64,000 nt of DNA from Candidatus Eiseniibacteriota bacterium (GTDB taxonomy: Bacteria; Eisenbacteria; RBG-16-71-46; CAZAMP01). The translations under genes and the position numbers were made by a program. The stretch spans positions 2,816,001 through 2,880,000 of the forward strand of contig OZ245046.1 of assembly GCA_965224245.1 (NCBI GenBank). The letters run 5' to 3'. Positions 27,645 to 39,500 of the stretch are shown one piece after another (the stretch's first letter is position 1; every line of letters begins with the position of its first letter). The notes under the pieces were generated by a model. That model searched no databases. It was not told the origin of the DNA and saw nothing but the letters and a program-made list of their open reading frames with translations.

Positions 27645-30215
27645 ATGCGATCGGTTATCTGGTTCACCCTCGCGATCGCCGGCGCCGCATCGATGGCCGG
27701 GCCCGCCGACGCGGCGACCGTTCGGCTGAAGTCCCGGACGTTCTCGCCCGAGCCGGAAGTCACCGCGCTGGACGAGGCCGTGAGCGAGGGACGCGGACGG
27801 CACTTCCTCGCGCAGTTCGTGACACCGGTGACGACGGCGGACCGCTCGGCGCTGGCGTCCCTCGGAATCTCGCTCGTGCAATACATCCCCGACGACACCT
27901 GGATCGTTCATCTCTCGCCGGCCGCGATGACGGACGCGGACGTGCGGGCGCGCCTGCGCTGGGTCGGTGAGATCGACGTGCGCGACAAGGTCCCCGTCCG
28001 CTGGGAGACCGACGGCATCGACGCGCGGGCGATCGCACCGGACGGTCGCGTCGAGATCTGGGCCCGGCTGCATGCCGATGCGGACGTCGACGCGGCCGAG
28101 GCCGCGCTCGTGGCGCTGGGCGCCGTCGACGTGACGAGGCGACACATCCTCCCGGGATTCACGTTCCGCATCGGCGCCGGTCTGATCGATGCCGTCGCGG
28201 CGCTGGACGCGGTGTCGAGCCTCCGCGAGCGCGGGCAGGTCGTGATCGACAACGACTCGAACCGCAGCAACATCGGCGTCGACGTGGTCGCGAGCGCGCC
28301 GTACGACCTCACGGGCGTCGGCGTGAACTTCGGGATCTGGGACAACGGCCGCGTAGACGCTCACCAGGACTTCGGCAGCCGTCTGACCGTCGTGGAGGCC
28401 GCGGGGGTCGGAACCCACGCCACGCACGTGGCGGGCACCGTGGGCGGCGACGGATCCCGGTCGGCGCTGGAGGGCGGATCTCCCGATCAGTGGCGCGGCA
28501 TGGCACCCGGGGTCGACATCTTCTGCTGGTACTTCGACGACTACATCCCCGACGAGATGGACCAGGGCTCGACCGAATGGGAACTGGACGTGGAGAACAA
28601 CTCGTGGAACTTCGCCGCCGACGGCGGCAGCTGCGGCATCCACGGCGACTACGACTTCTGGGCGCCCGAGCTGGACGCACTGGTTCGCGGCGTGTCGGGT
28701 CGGACGTTCAGCATCTATCACTCGGCCGGCAACGAGCGTGACGACGGCGACTGTCCGCTCGTGGACGGCGGCTACGAGTGCATCAACCCGCCCGCGACGG
28801 CCAAGAACCTCGTCACGTGCGGCGCGACCAACTCGAACAACGACACGATCACCGGGTTCTCGTCCTGGGGGCCGACCGACGACGGGCGCATCAAGCCCGA
28901 CATCGCCTCCCCGGGTTGTCAGTCCAACGGCGACGGCGGCGTGACCTCCACGTTCCCCGGCAACGACTACGGCACGTACTGCGGAACGTCCATGGCGGCG
29001 CCCACCACCACCGGCGCCGGCGCGCTCCTGCGCCAGCTGTACGCGGCCCAGAACGGAGGCGCCCGTCCGGTACCCTCGCACGCCAAGGCCATCATGCTGG
29101 GCACGGCCGTGGACCTGGGCAACGAGGGTCCCGACTACATCTTCGGCCACGGACGTCTCGACGTGCACGCGGCCGCCGACGCGATGATCGACGACACGCA
29201 AGAGGACATCTCGATCTCCGACGGATCCACCGTCGATCGCACGTTCCGCGTACCGGCGGGTCTTTCGAGCCTTCGGTTCGTGGCGGCGTGGGACGACCCG
29301 GCCGGGTCCACGCTGGCCGACCCCGCGCTCGTCAACGACATCGACATCGTGCTGGACGGGCCCGGCGGCACCGTCGTGCGGCCCTGGGTCCTGGACCCCT
29401 CCGATCCGAGCGCACCCGCAACGCGCGGCGAGGATCATCTGAACAACGTCGAGCACATCACGGTGGATGCTCCCGCCGCCGGATCGTGGACGCTCCAGAT
29501 CTCCGGTACGAACGTGCCGGACGGCCCGCAGACCGTCAGCCTCGCGGGGCTGGATCTGAACCGGCCGGCGCTCCCGGGCAGCTTCGAGTCCGGCGAGACG
29601 ACCGATACGTCCATCGACCTGACCTGGACGCGCGCATCCGACGCCGACCGCAAGGGGACGTTCATCGTGCGGGCCGCGGGTCCGCTCTTCTGGGCGGGTC
29701 CCGCTCAGGGCACGACCTACACCGTGGGACAGATCGTGGGTCCCGGCGTGACCGTCGCGTTCGTCGGGGACACCGATCACTCGTCGACCCCGTACACCGA
29801 CGCCGGGCTGGCCACCGGGGTCACCTACAACTACGCGGCCTACACGTTCGACGACTGGCACAACTACTCGGCCCCGGCCTACACGAGCGGGACCACCGGA
29901 ACGGCCGTGGGGGTCGAGACGCTCGACACCACGCCGGCGGTGTTCGCGCTCGGAGCGCCGGCGCCGAACCCGGCCCGTGCGGGAGCCCGCACCGAGTTCT
30001 CCATCGCCGAGCCCGGTCGCACGCGCGTGCGCGTGTACGACGCATCGGGTCGACTCGTGCGCGTGCTCGTCGACGCCGCGCTTCCCGCGGGACGCTTCGC
30101 CGTGTCGTGGGACGGGCGTAACGTGGCCGGTGCGCCGGTCGCGCCGGGCCTGTACTTCCTGAGCCTCGCGTCCGGAGCCGATCGCGCGACCGCGCGTCTC
30201 GTCTGGACCCGATAG
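27645..30215 (+). CDS. Secreted S8 (subtilisin-like) serine peptidase with beta-sandwich/FN3-like and FlgD-Ig-like C-terminal domains
   Basis: Signal peptide; triad motifs GIWD, HATHVAGT, GTSMAAP; SAGN oxyanion motif; C-terminal PNP...VYDASGRLV...WDGRN..G..V.PG.YF. Confidence 0.93.
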   Translation: MRSVIWFTLAIAGAASMAGPADAATVRLKSRTFSPEPEVTALDEAVSEGRGRHFLAQFVTPVTTADRSALASLGISLVQYIPDDTWIVHLSPAAMTDADVRARLRWVGEIDVRDKVPVRWETDGIDARAIAPDGRVEIWARLHADADVDAAEAALVALGAVDVTRRHILPGFTFRIGAGLIDAVAALDAVSSLRERGQVVIDNDSNRSNIGVDVVASAPYDLTGVGVNFGIWDNGRVDAHQDFGSRLTVVEAAGVGTHATHVAGTVGGDGSRSALEGGSPDQWRGMAPGVDIFCWYFDDYIPDEMDQGSTEWELDVENNSWNFAADGGSCGIHGDYDFWAPELDALVRGVSGRTFSIYHSAGNERDDGDCPLVDGGYECINPPATAKNLVTCGATNSNNDTITGFSSWGPTDDGRIKPDIASPGCQSNGDGGVTSTFPGNDYGTYCGTSMAAPTTTGAGALLRQLYAAQNGGARPVPSHAKAIMLGTAVDLGNEGPDYIFGHGRLDVHAAADAMIDDTQEDISISDGSTVDRTFRVPAGLSSLRFVAAWDDPAGSTLADPALVNDIDIVLDGPGGTVVRPWVLDPSDPSAPATRGEDHLNNVEHITVDAPAAGSWTLQISGTNVPDGPQTVSLAGLDLNRPALPGSFESGETTDTSIDLTWTRASDADRKGTFIVRAAGPLFWAGPAQGTTYTVGQIVGPGVTVAFVGDTDHSSTPYTDAGLATGVTYNYAAYTFDDWHNYSAPAYTSGTTGTAVGVETLDTTPAVFALGAPAPNPARAGARTEFSIAEPGRTRVRVYDASGRLVRVLVDAALPAGRFAVSWDGRNVAGAPVAPGLYFLSLASGADRATARLVWTR

Positions 30216-30227
30216 TCACTCCGCACG

Positions 30228-30261
30228 CCGGCGGTGTCGCCCTCCATCGCGACACCGCCGG
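30228..30261 (+). terminator. 13-bp perfect stem-loop after the S8 peptidase (terminator-like, no U-tract)
   Basis: CCGGCGGTGTCGC-8nt-GCGACACCGCCGG, 12 nt after the stop. Confidence 0.5.
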
Positions 30262-30526
30262 TCGTCCCGCCTCGCATGCGCCTCGGAGCAACGCCCACCG
30301 AGGAATCCACTCGATCCGATGCGCGCCGATAAAAGCCCCGCAACCACTTACGGCGCCACCTAATCTCAATGGGCATGCGCGGTCTTTCGGACTACACTCC
30401 GTTTCGCGACGTCCTGAAGGTCGGCGCGCGGCATGGGCCGATCCGATTCCAGCGTGCGTGAGGCCACGATCGGGCAAGTCGTTCGATCGCGTCGACCTGC
30501 GCGGGTGAGTTCAGACGAGGTCCGAC

Positions 30527-33500
30527 TTGCGAGCATCCCCCCTCCGTCCCCGCGTGCGCGCCCGTCGCGCGATCGATCGTGTCAGTTTCGTCACCCTGAC
30601 CATCGGCTTCGCATCCTCGCTGGTCATCGGCCGCGCACCGGCACAGCCGCGCGTCGTGCTGCCCGACTGGTACGTCGACGGAGAGTCGTCGGTCTCGGTG
30701 TTCGGCTGGGGCGTGAAGGCCGGCGACACCGACGGAGATCTGATCGACGACGTGATCGTCGGCGCGCCGCTCTTCCAGACCGGATCCGGTGCCCAGAGCG
30801 GCGCCGCCTACGCGTACCTCGGCAGCGTGTTCGGGCCGTCGACGGCCTGGGACTGGCGCGTCGAGGGCACGTTCGACGTCGACGAGCGGCTGGGGCGATC
30901 GGTCGGCGTCGGCGACTTCGACGGGGACGGCTACGCCGACGTCGTCGTGGGAATGCCGCACGCGTTCGCCCAGGACGGATCGGTCGAGGTCTACTACGGG
31001 ACGCCCAGCGGTCCCGAGCTCACGCCGTCGCTGACGTTGCAGAGCCAGCAGGGGGGCTCGTGGTTCGGACGATCGGTGGCCGGCGCCGGCGACGTGAACG
31101 GCGACGGCGCGGACGACCTCCTGGTCGGCGCGGTCCGCTACGACTCCGACTCCACCGACGTCGGCGCGGTCTATCTCTATCTCGGAGACGTCAAGTCCGG
31201 CCTCGGCGCGTTTCCCGACTGGGGCATCATCGGCGTCGACACCGGCGGCGAGCTCGGCTTCAAGGTCGCCAGTGCCGGGGACGTGAACGGCGACACCTAC
31301 GACGACGTCATCGTCACCGCCTGGATGGGCAACGGAGACGGCTCGGGTGCCGCGTACGTGTATCACGGCGGACCCGGCGGACTCTCGTTCACGCCGGACT
31401 GGTCCGCCGCGGGTACCCAGCCGGACGCCAACTTCGGCGTCTCCGCGGGCACGGCCGGCGACGTCAACGGCGACACGTTCGACGACGTCATCGTCGGCGC
31501 CTATCTCTTCGACGGCCCCGCTGGCGTGGACGCCGGCCGGGCCCACATCTACCACGGCTCCCCGTCCGGCCTCTCCCTCATCCCCGACTGGACCGGCGAG
31601 GGCGAGGCCGCCGGCGACCTGTACGGGCGCTGGGTCGCCACCGCCGGCGATACCGACGGTGACGGCTTCGACGACGTGGTCGTGGGCGCGCTGCTCCACG
31701 ACGTCATCTACGCCGGGGCCCCGCCCGACACGCTCTTCGATGCCGGTCGGGCGTACGCGTACGCCGGCTCCCCGAGCGGCGCCGAGCTGGACCCCTTGTG
31801 GATCGCCGACGGCGAGCAGTCGGGCTCGTTCTTCGGGTGCTCGGTCGAGCGCGGCGAACTGAACGACGACGGCTACGACGACGTGATCATCGGCGCGTAC
31901 GGGTACGACGGACCCGGCGGCGCGGACGCGGGGCGCACGTACGCGATCTACGGCGGCCCGCGCCCGGAACCCTCGATCGGCATCGCGCTGGACATGGTGG
32001 AGATCGGCGCCGAGGATCCGTTCCGCGTGGAGATCACCTACACGATCGAGAACTTCGGCAACGTCCCCCTCGAGTTCATCGAGCTGGCCGACGAGCTGGA
32101 CCTCACGTTCGGGATGGGCAACTGGTCGATCGCGTCGGGCCCCACGGTGCCGGGCGGGTCGGGTCTGGTGGCAAACCCGTTCTACGACGGAATCAGCGAT
32201 CCCGACATCCTGGATCCCTTCTCCTCGGTGCTGGACCCCGGCGAGGTGGGAACCGTCTCGCTCGAGGTGCTGATCTCCTCCGAGGGTACGTACACGAACC
32301 AGGTGGCGGTCTTTGCCGAGGATCTCGACGGCAATCCGACCGTCGACGTCTCGGTGGCGGGCCTGGAGCCCGATCCGAACGGTGACGACGTGCCCGACGA
32401 GGAGTCGATCACGTCGATCACGCTGACGACGCCGGCTCCGGCGATCGGGATCGCGCTGGACATGGCGGAGATCGGCGAGGCCGATCCGTTCCGGGTCGGG
32501 CTGACCTACACGCTGGAGAACTTCGGCAACGTCGAGCTCCTCGCCGTCACGCTGGAGAACGACCTCGACGTGGTGTTCGGCCTCGGGAACTGGTCGCTCG
32601 TGGGACCGCCCAGCGTTCCCGGCGGCTCGGGGCTCGTGCCCAATCCCGGGTTCGACGGCTCGTCCGACCCCGCGCTCCTCGATCCGGTCGGATCGGTGCT
32701 GGCCGTCGGCGAGCAGACGACGGTGTCGGTGCTCGTGGACGTGATCGCCGAAGGAACGTACGAGAACCAGGTCACCGCGTTCGCCGAGGATCTCGTGCCC
32801 ACGCTGGTCTCGGACCTCTCGGTGGCGGGGCTCGAGCCCGATCCCGACGGTGACGACGTTCCCGACGAGGCGGGTATCACGTCGCTCGTGCTCTTCCGAT
32901 CGGTGCCGGTGATCGGCGCCGCGCTCCAGATGGTCGACGACGGCCCCGCGATTCCGTTCCGCGTCACCCTCACGGTCACGCTGGAGAACTTCGGCAACGG
33001 CGGGCTGGAGCAGGTCTCGGCCCCGAGTGACCTCGACGACGTCTTCGGTCCCGGGAACTGGACCCTCGCCGTACCGCCCGCGACCGGCGGCGGCTCGGGG
33101 CTCGTGGCGAACGGCGCCTACACCGGTGTCGGGTCCGGCTCCGAGCTCCTGGATCCGAGCTCGGTCCTGGCCATCGGCGAGAGCGACACGATCACGCTCG
33201 GGGTCGACGTGAACGACGCCGGCACCTACACCAGCCAGATCGTCGCCGCCGCCACGGATGCCGAGGGGACGCCGACCCTGGACGCGTCGACCAGCGGGCT
33301 CGACCCCGATCCGAACGGCGACGACGTTCCCGACGAGGCCGTGATCTCGTCGGTCACGCTCGTGGCGCCCGCGCCCGTGATCGGCGTCGCGTTCGAGATG
33401 ATCGAGGTCGACGCCTTCCGCGTATCGGTGGCGGCCACGCTGGAGAACTTCGGCAACGTCGATCTCCTCGGCATCTCGCTGCCGATCGATCTCGACGCCG

Positions 33501-36500
33501 TCTTCGGAGCGGAGAACTGGTCGTTCGCCACCTCGCCGGAGGTGTCGGGAACCGAGGCGCTGGTTCTCGACCCCGGCTTCGACGGCTCGGGCGCCACCGA
33601 GCTCCTCGACCCCGCCTCGACGCTGCCGATCGGAGATGCGGGCACGATCGCGTTCGACGTGCTCCTGGGCGCCGAGGGCACGTACCAGGGCCAGCTCGTC
33701 GCGGCCGCCGAGGACGCGTTCGCCCAGCCGACGGCGGATCTGTCGGTCGCGGGACTCGACCCGGACCCGAACGGCGACGGCGTGCCCGACGAGGCCTCGG
33801 TCACGACCGTGATCCTGTTCTACTCCGCGCCCGTGATCGGCGCCGCGCTGGAGATGGTGGACGCCGGCCCGGCGATCCCCTTCCGCGTCACGCTCACCTA
33901 CACGCTGGAGAACTTCGGGAACGTCGCGCTCGAGCAGATCTCGATGGGCAACGACCTCGATGCGGTCTTCGGCGCCGGCAACTGGGCGCTCGCCGGCCCT
34001 CCCGCCGACGACGGGGTCTCGACGCTGGTGGCGAACGCCGGGTTCACGGGAGCCGGCGGCGGCGCCGAGCTGCTCGATCCGAGCTCGGTGCTGGACGTCG
34101 GCGCGAGCGGCGCGATCACGCTCGAGGTGGACGTCACGAGCGCCGGACCCTACGCCAACCAGGTCAACGTCTCCGCCGAGGACGCCGAGGCGACACAGAC
34201 CACCGATTTCTCCACCGCCGGGCTGGATCCGGACCCGAACGGCGACGACGTGCCCGACGAATCGATCGTCTCGACGCTGAACCTGGTGGCACCCGACCCG
34301 GTCGTCGGGGTCGCGTTCGACCTGTCCGAGGTCGGGTCGCTCGACCCGTTCCGGGTCGCGATCACGCTGAACCTGGAGAGCTTCGGCAACGTCGACCTCC
34401 AGGCGGTGTCGCTTCCGGTCAACCTCGACGCGATCTTCGGGGCCGGGAACTGGTCGTTCGCGACCTCGCCGCTGGTGACGGGCACCGACGCGCTCGACGT
34501 GAACCCCGCATACGACGGGTCGACGGTCACCGACGTCCTCTCCCCGACGTCGACGCTCCCCATCGGAGACGCCGGCACCATCGACTTCGACGTGACCGTC
34601 ACCGCCGACGGCACGTACCAGGGCCAGCTCACCGCATCGGCCGAGGACGCCTTCGGTCAGCCGACCACCGACAGCTCGGTCGCGGGCTTCGATCCCGATC
34701 CGGACGGCAACGGCTCTCCCGACGAGGCGTCCATCACGAGCGTCGTGCTGTTCCGCCCGGAGCCGGCGATCGGCGTCGCACTGGAGATGATCGAGGAGGG
34801 CGACGAGTTCCCGTATCGCGTTGCGCTCACGTACACGCTGGAGAACCTCGGCAACGTGCCGCTGTCCGCGCTCTCGCTGTCGAACGTGCTGGACGACGTG
34901 TTCCCTCCGGGCAGCTGGGCGATCGTGGAGGCGCCGACGGTGCCCATCGGCTCGGGGCTCGTTCCGAACCCCGACTTCGACGGCACGCTGGCCCGCGCGA
35001 ATCTGCTGGACTCGGCCTCCTCGGTGCTCGCGATCGGGGAGCGCACGAGCGTGCGCCTGGTCCTCGGCGTCGACGTGGACGGCACGTTTCAGAACCAGGT
35101 GTCCGTCTTCGCCGAGGATCCCGACGCGACCGTCGTGTCCGACGTCTCGGTGGACGGGCTCGAGCCCGACCCCGACGGCGACGGCGTCGCCGACGAGGCG
35201 TCGGTCTCGGAGATCACGCTGTTCCGCTCGATCCCCGGCCTCGGCGCCGCGCTGGAGATGCTCGACGGCGGCGTGACCGGCCCGTTCCTGGTCACGCTGG
35301 TCTACACGCTGGAGAACTTCGGGAACGCCGGCCTCACCGAGGTCACGGTGGCCGACAGCCTCGACACGGTGTTCGGCGCCGGCAACTGGGCGCTCGAGAC
35401 GTCTCCGGAGACCTCGCCCGGCTCGGGGCTGGTCGCGAACCCCGCGTTCACCGGCTCGGGGACGGACGTCGATCTGATCGATCCCGTGGCCTCCACGCTG
35501 GCGATCGGAGAGCTCGCGACGGTGTCGATCACGGTCGCGGTCACCGCGGACGGGGCGTACGACGATCAGGTCACCGCCGGCGGTCGCGATCCCAAGGGCA
35601 CGCTGGTCATGGACGCGTCCACGTCGGGATCCGACCCCGATCCCGACGGCAACGGCATCCCGGACGAGAGCGAGGTCACCTCGATCGTCCTGTTCCTGCC
35701 CGGCCCGATCATCGGGGCCGCGCTCGACATGGAGGTCCTCGAGATCACCGATCCCTTCCGCGTGCTCGTGACCTACACGCTCGAGAACTTCGGCAACACC
35801 GATCTCCTGGACGTCGGGCTCTCCAACGATCTGGACGCGGTGTTCGGCGCCGGCAGCTGGGCGCTCGCCTCTCCGCCGTCGACGCCCTTCGGATCCAGCC
35901 TGACCGTGAACCCGGCGTTCGACGGGACCCCGACCGGCGCCGAGCTTCTCGACGCGGGCGCGTCGACGCTCCCGATCGAGGCGGTGGAGACGATCACGCT
36001 CGAGGTCTCGGTCACGCCCGAGGGCACCTTCACGAACCAGGTGACCGCGTCCGCGTTCGATGCGTTCGAGAACTTCGTGTCCGACGTGTCCACGCGCGGT
36101 CTCGACCCCGACCCGAACGGTGACGGGGCGCCCGGCGAGGCGGCCGTGACGCCGGTCACCCTCTTCCGACCCGCGCCCGGCATCGGCGTCGCGCTCTCGA
36201 TGATCGAGGACCTGGCGGCGCCGCCGTTCGAGATCGACGTCCGGTACACGCTCGAGAACTTCGGCAACGTCGCGCTCGAGAGCGTGGCGCTGTCGAACGA
36301 CCTGGACGCCGTGTTCGGGCCGGCCAACTGGACGCTCATCGCGTTCCCCAGCGCCCAGCTCGGCTCGGGTCTCGTCGTCGACACCGGCTTCGACGGCACG
36401 ACCGAGGGGGCGGCGCTCCTGGATCCGGCGTCGACGCTGGCCGTCGGCGAGTCGGCCACGGTGACGATGGGAATCCGCGTGCTCGGCGCCGGCACCTACC

Positions 36501-39500
36501 TGAATCAGGTGAGCGCCGCCGCCGTCGACGCGGCGGAGACGCCCGTCACCGATCTGTCCACCGATGGGCTCGATCCCGACCCCGATGGTGATGGCGTGCC
36601 CGACGAGTCGGTGACGACGACGCTCGTTCTCTTCCGTGAGATGGCCGTCCTCGGGGCGGCACTCGACATGCGTGAGAACGTCGACGCTCCGCCTTTCCGG
36701 GTCGACCTCACGGTCACGCTGGAGAACTTCGGGAACGTGGCGCTGGCCGAGGTCTCGGCACCGAACGACCTGGACGCCGTATTCGGCGTGGCCAACTGGT
36801 CGATCGTGTCGCCGCCGTTCGCCTCGGGGGGCGATCTGGTCGCCAACGCGGACTTCACCGGTCGCGGCGCGTCGGTCGACCTCCTGGATCCGGCGTCGTC
36901 GCTCGACATCGGGGCCCGCGGCACCGTCACGCTGTCGCTCGACGTGTTCGCGCCGGGAACGTATGCGAACCGGATCGCCGCCAGCGGACTGGCGCCGTCC
37001 GGAGCGCTCGCGACCGATCTCTCCACCGAAGGACTCGAGCCCGACCCCGACGGGGACGACGTGCCCGACGAGGAGGCCGAGACCGCGATCACGCTCTTCC
37101 TGACCGACGCCCGCGTGGGCGCTGCGCTCGACCTCGGCCGGGACGGAAACGCGGTCGATCCGTTCCGCGTGACCGCGACCGTCACGCTGGAGAACTTCGG
37201 CAACGTGGAGCTGTCCGGGGTGGCGCTCGACGCCGACCTGGATGCCGTGTTCGGGGCCGGCAACTGGGCGCTCCTCGAGCCACCGTCGCTCTCCGCTCCC
37301 TCGAGCCTGGTGCTCGCCGCCGGCTACGACGGCACGTCGAGTGCACCGGCGCTCCTCGACCCGATCGAGTCCCGTCTCGCCATCGGCGAGGTGTCCACCA
37401 TCGGTCTCGTGCTGTCGGTGACCGACGACGGCACCTATTCGGGTCAGCTCAGGGTGGACGCCACCGACCCCGACGCCATCGCGCTGTTCGACGACTCCAC
37501 TGCGGGGCTCGATCCGGACCCCGACGGCGACGGCGACCCGAGCGAAGCGGTCACGACGACGCTCACGCTGTCCAGCACCGAGGCGCGGGTCGGCGCCGCG
37601 CTCGACATGGAGCGCGTCGGCTCGTCTCAGAATCCGTTCGACGTGCGGGTCGTGATCACGCTCGAGAACCTCGGCAACGTGGCGCTGGACGCGGTGTCGG
37701 TCGCCTCCGGCTTCGACGACGTGTTCGGCGGCGGGGCGTGGGCGCTCGTGGGCGCGCCCACGTTCGGCGGCGCCCCGGGGCTCGTTTCCAACGCGGGCTA
37801 CGATGGACGCACGGACACCGAGATTCTCGACCCCGCGTCGACGCTCGCGGTGGGCGCGATCTCCCAGATCCTGCTCGACCTGACCGTCACCCCGGACGGC
37901 ATCTTCACCCATGAGGTCACGGTCGAGGCCGACGGCGCGGGCGTGCTCGTGAGCGACGCGTCGGTGGCGGGCAGCGATCCCGACCCGAACGGAGACGGCA
38001 TCCCCGACGAGGCGGGCGAGACGACGCTGTTCCTCGAGCTGGTGAGCCCGACCGTGGGCATCGCGCTCGACATGACGTCGGTGACCGCGCGGCGCGGCGG
38101 CTTCGGCGCGACGATCGTCTACACGATCGAGAACCTGGGCGAGATCGACGTCACGAACGTCGCGGTGTCGAACGATCTGGACGAGGTGTTCGGAACGGGC
38201 AACTGGACGATGACCGAGCCGCCGAGCGCCTCGGGCACGATGCTGACGGTGGCCGAGGACTTCGATGGCACGGCCGGACGCGACGCGCTGCTGGATCCGA
38301 CGAGCTCGGTCCTCGACACCGGCCAGAGCGCGACCATCACCCTCGCCGTCGTCATCCTGACCGGCGGCGTGTACGACAATCAGGTGACCGTGTTCGCCAG
38401 CGGCGCGGGCGTCGAGACGTCCGATCTCTCCACCGCCGGCCGGGATCCCGATCCGAACGGAGACGGACGACCGGCCGAGTTCGAGGTCACGCTGCTCGTC
38501 CTCACCGACACGGTGCCGGTGCTCGACGTGCCCTCGTTCCCGCTGGGCCGCTACACGCTGTTCTCGATCCCGCTGAACCTGCTGGAGCCCGATGCCGGCA
38601 CGCCGCCGTCGGTCGCGGTACTCCTGACCGATCTCTTCGAGCGACCGCGCTCGGAGACGACGTGGCTGGCCTACGGCCTGGCCGGCGAGGTCGAATCCGA
38701 TCCGGCGCTGGCGCTCGGTCGCGCCTACTGGGTCAGCACGCGGTTCCCGATGCCGGCCGCGCGCACCATACGCGGCACGATCACGAGGCCGGTCGACGTC
38801 GACCTCGTTCGGGGATGGAACGCGATCGGCTGTCCCTCTCCGACGCCGATGCCGCTGGGCAACCTGTCGGTGCGTACCCTCGACGCACCGGGCGAGCGGC
38901 TGTCGCTGGCCGAGGCCAACGACCGCGGCCTCATCGGGAGCACGCTGTACCGGTACGTCGACTCGTCACCCGACCTCATCAACAACGGGGTCTGGGTGCC
39001 GGAGTCGGTTCGAAACACGAGCGCGACGCTGGCGCCGTTCGCGGGCCGCATCCTGGAGGCGTTCGTCCCGCTCACGCTGACGTACGGCGTCGTCACGCGC
39101 GATTCGGAGCCGCTGGTGGAGACTCGCGACTGGGAGCTCACGGTCACCGCGAGCGCCGGAGGGGCGACCCGGCGGGTCGCCCTGGCGGCACTGGAGGGAG
39201 CCAGCGCCTCCTGGGACGTGTACGACGTCTCGGCCCCCCCGGACTGGACGACGGGACTTCGTGCCGAGCTCGTGCACGACGACTGGGGCATTCACGCCGG
39301 CCGCTTCGTGCGCTCGGCGGTACCGTCCGGGACGCGATCGAGCCGGTGCCGTCTCGCGCTGGTCAGCCCCGCACCGGTCGCGGTCACGTGGGACGTCGGC
39401 CGGCTGCGCCCGGGCCAGTACGCGTACCTGGTGCTCGAGTCCGGTGCCGCGATCGATCTGGTCGCGGAGACCCGCACGACGCTGCCCGCGGGCACACGTG

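Noticed and set aside
30346..30357. 12-mer ACTTACGGCGCC shared with intergenic 57069-57080
   Set aside because: A 12-bp match is expected by chance in 64 kb of high-GC DNA, and its orientation relative to the downstream genes differs.
30392..37912. 2506-aa antisense ORF over the giant protein
   Set aside because: Arg/His/Gly-rich shadow frame expected from high-GC codon bias; no motifs, while the + strand has clear domains.
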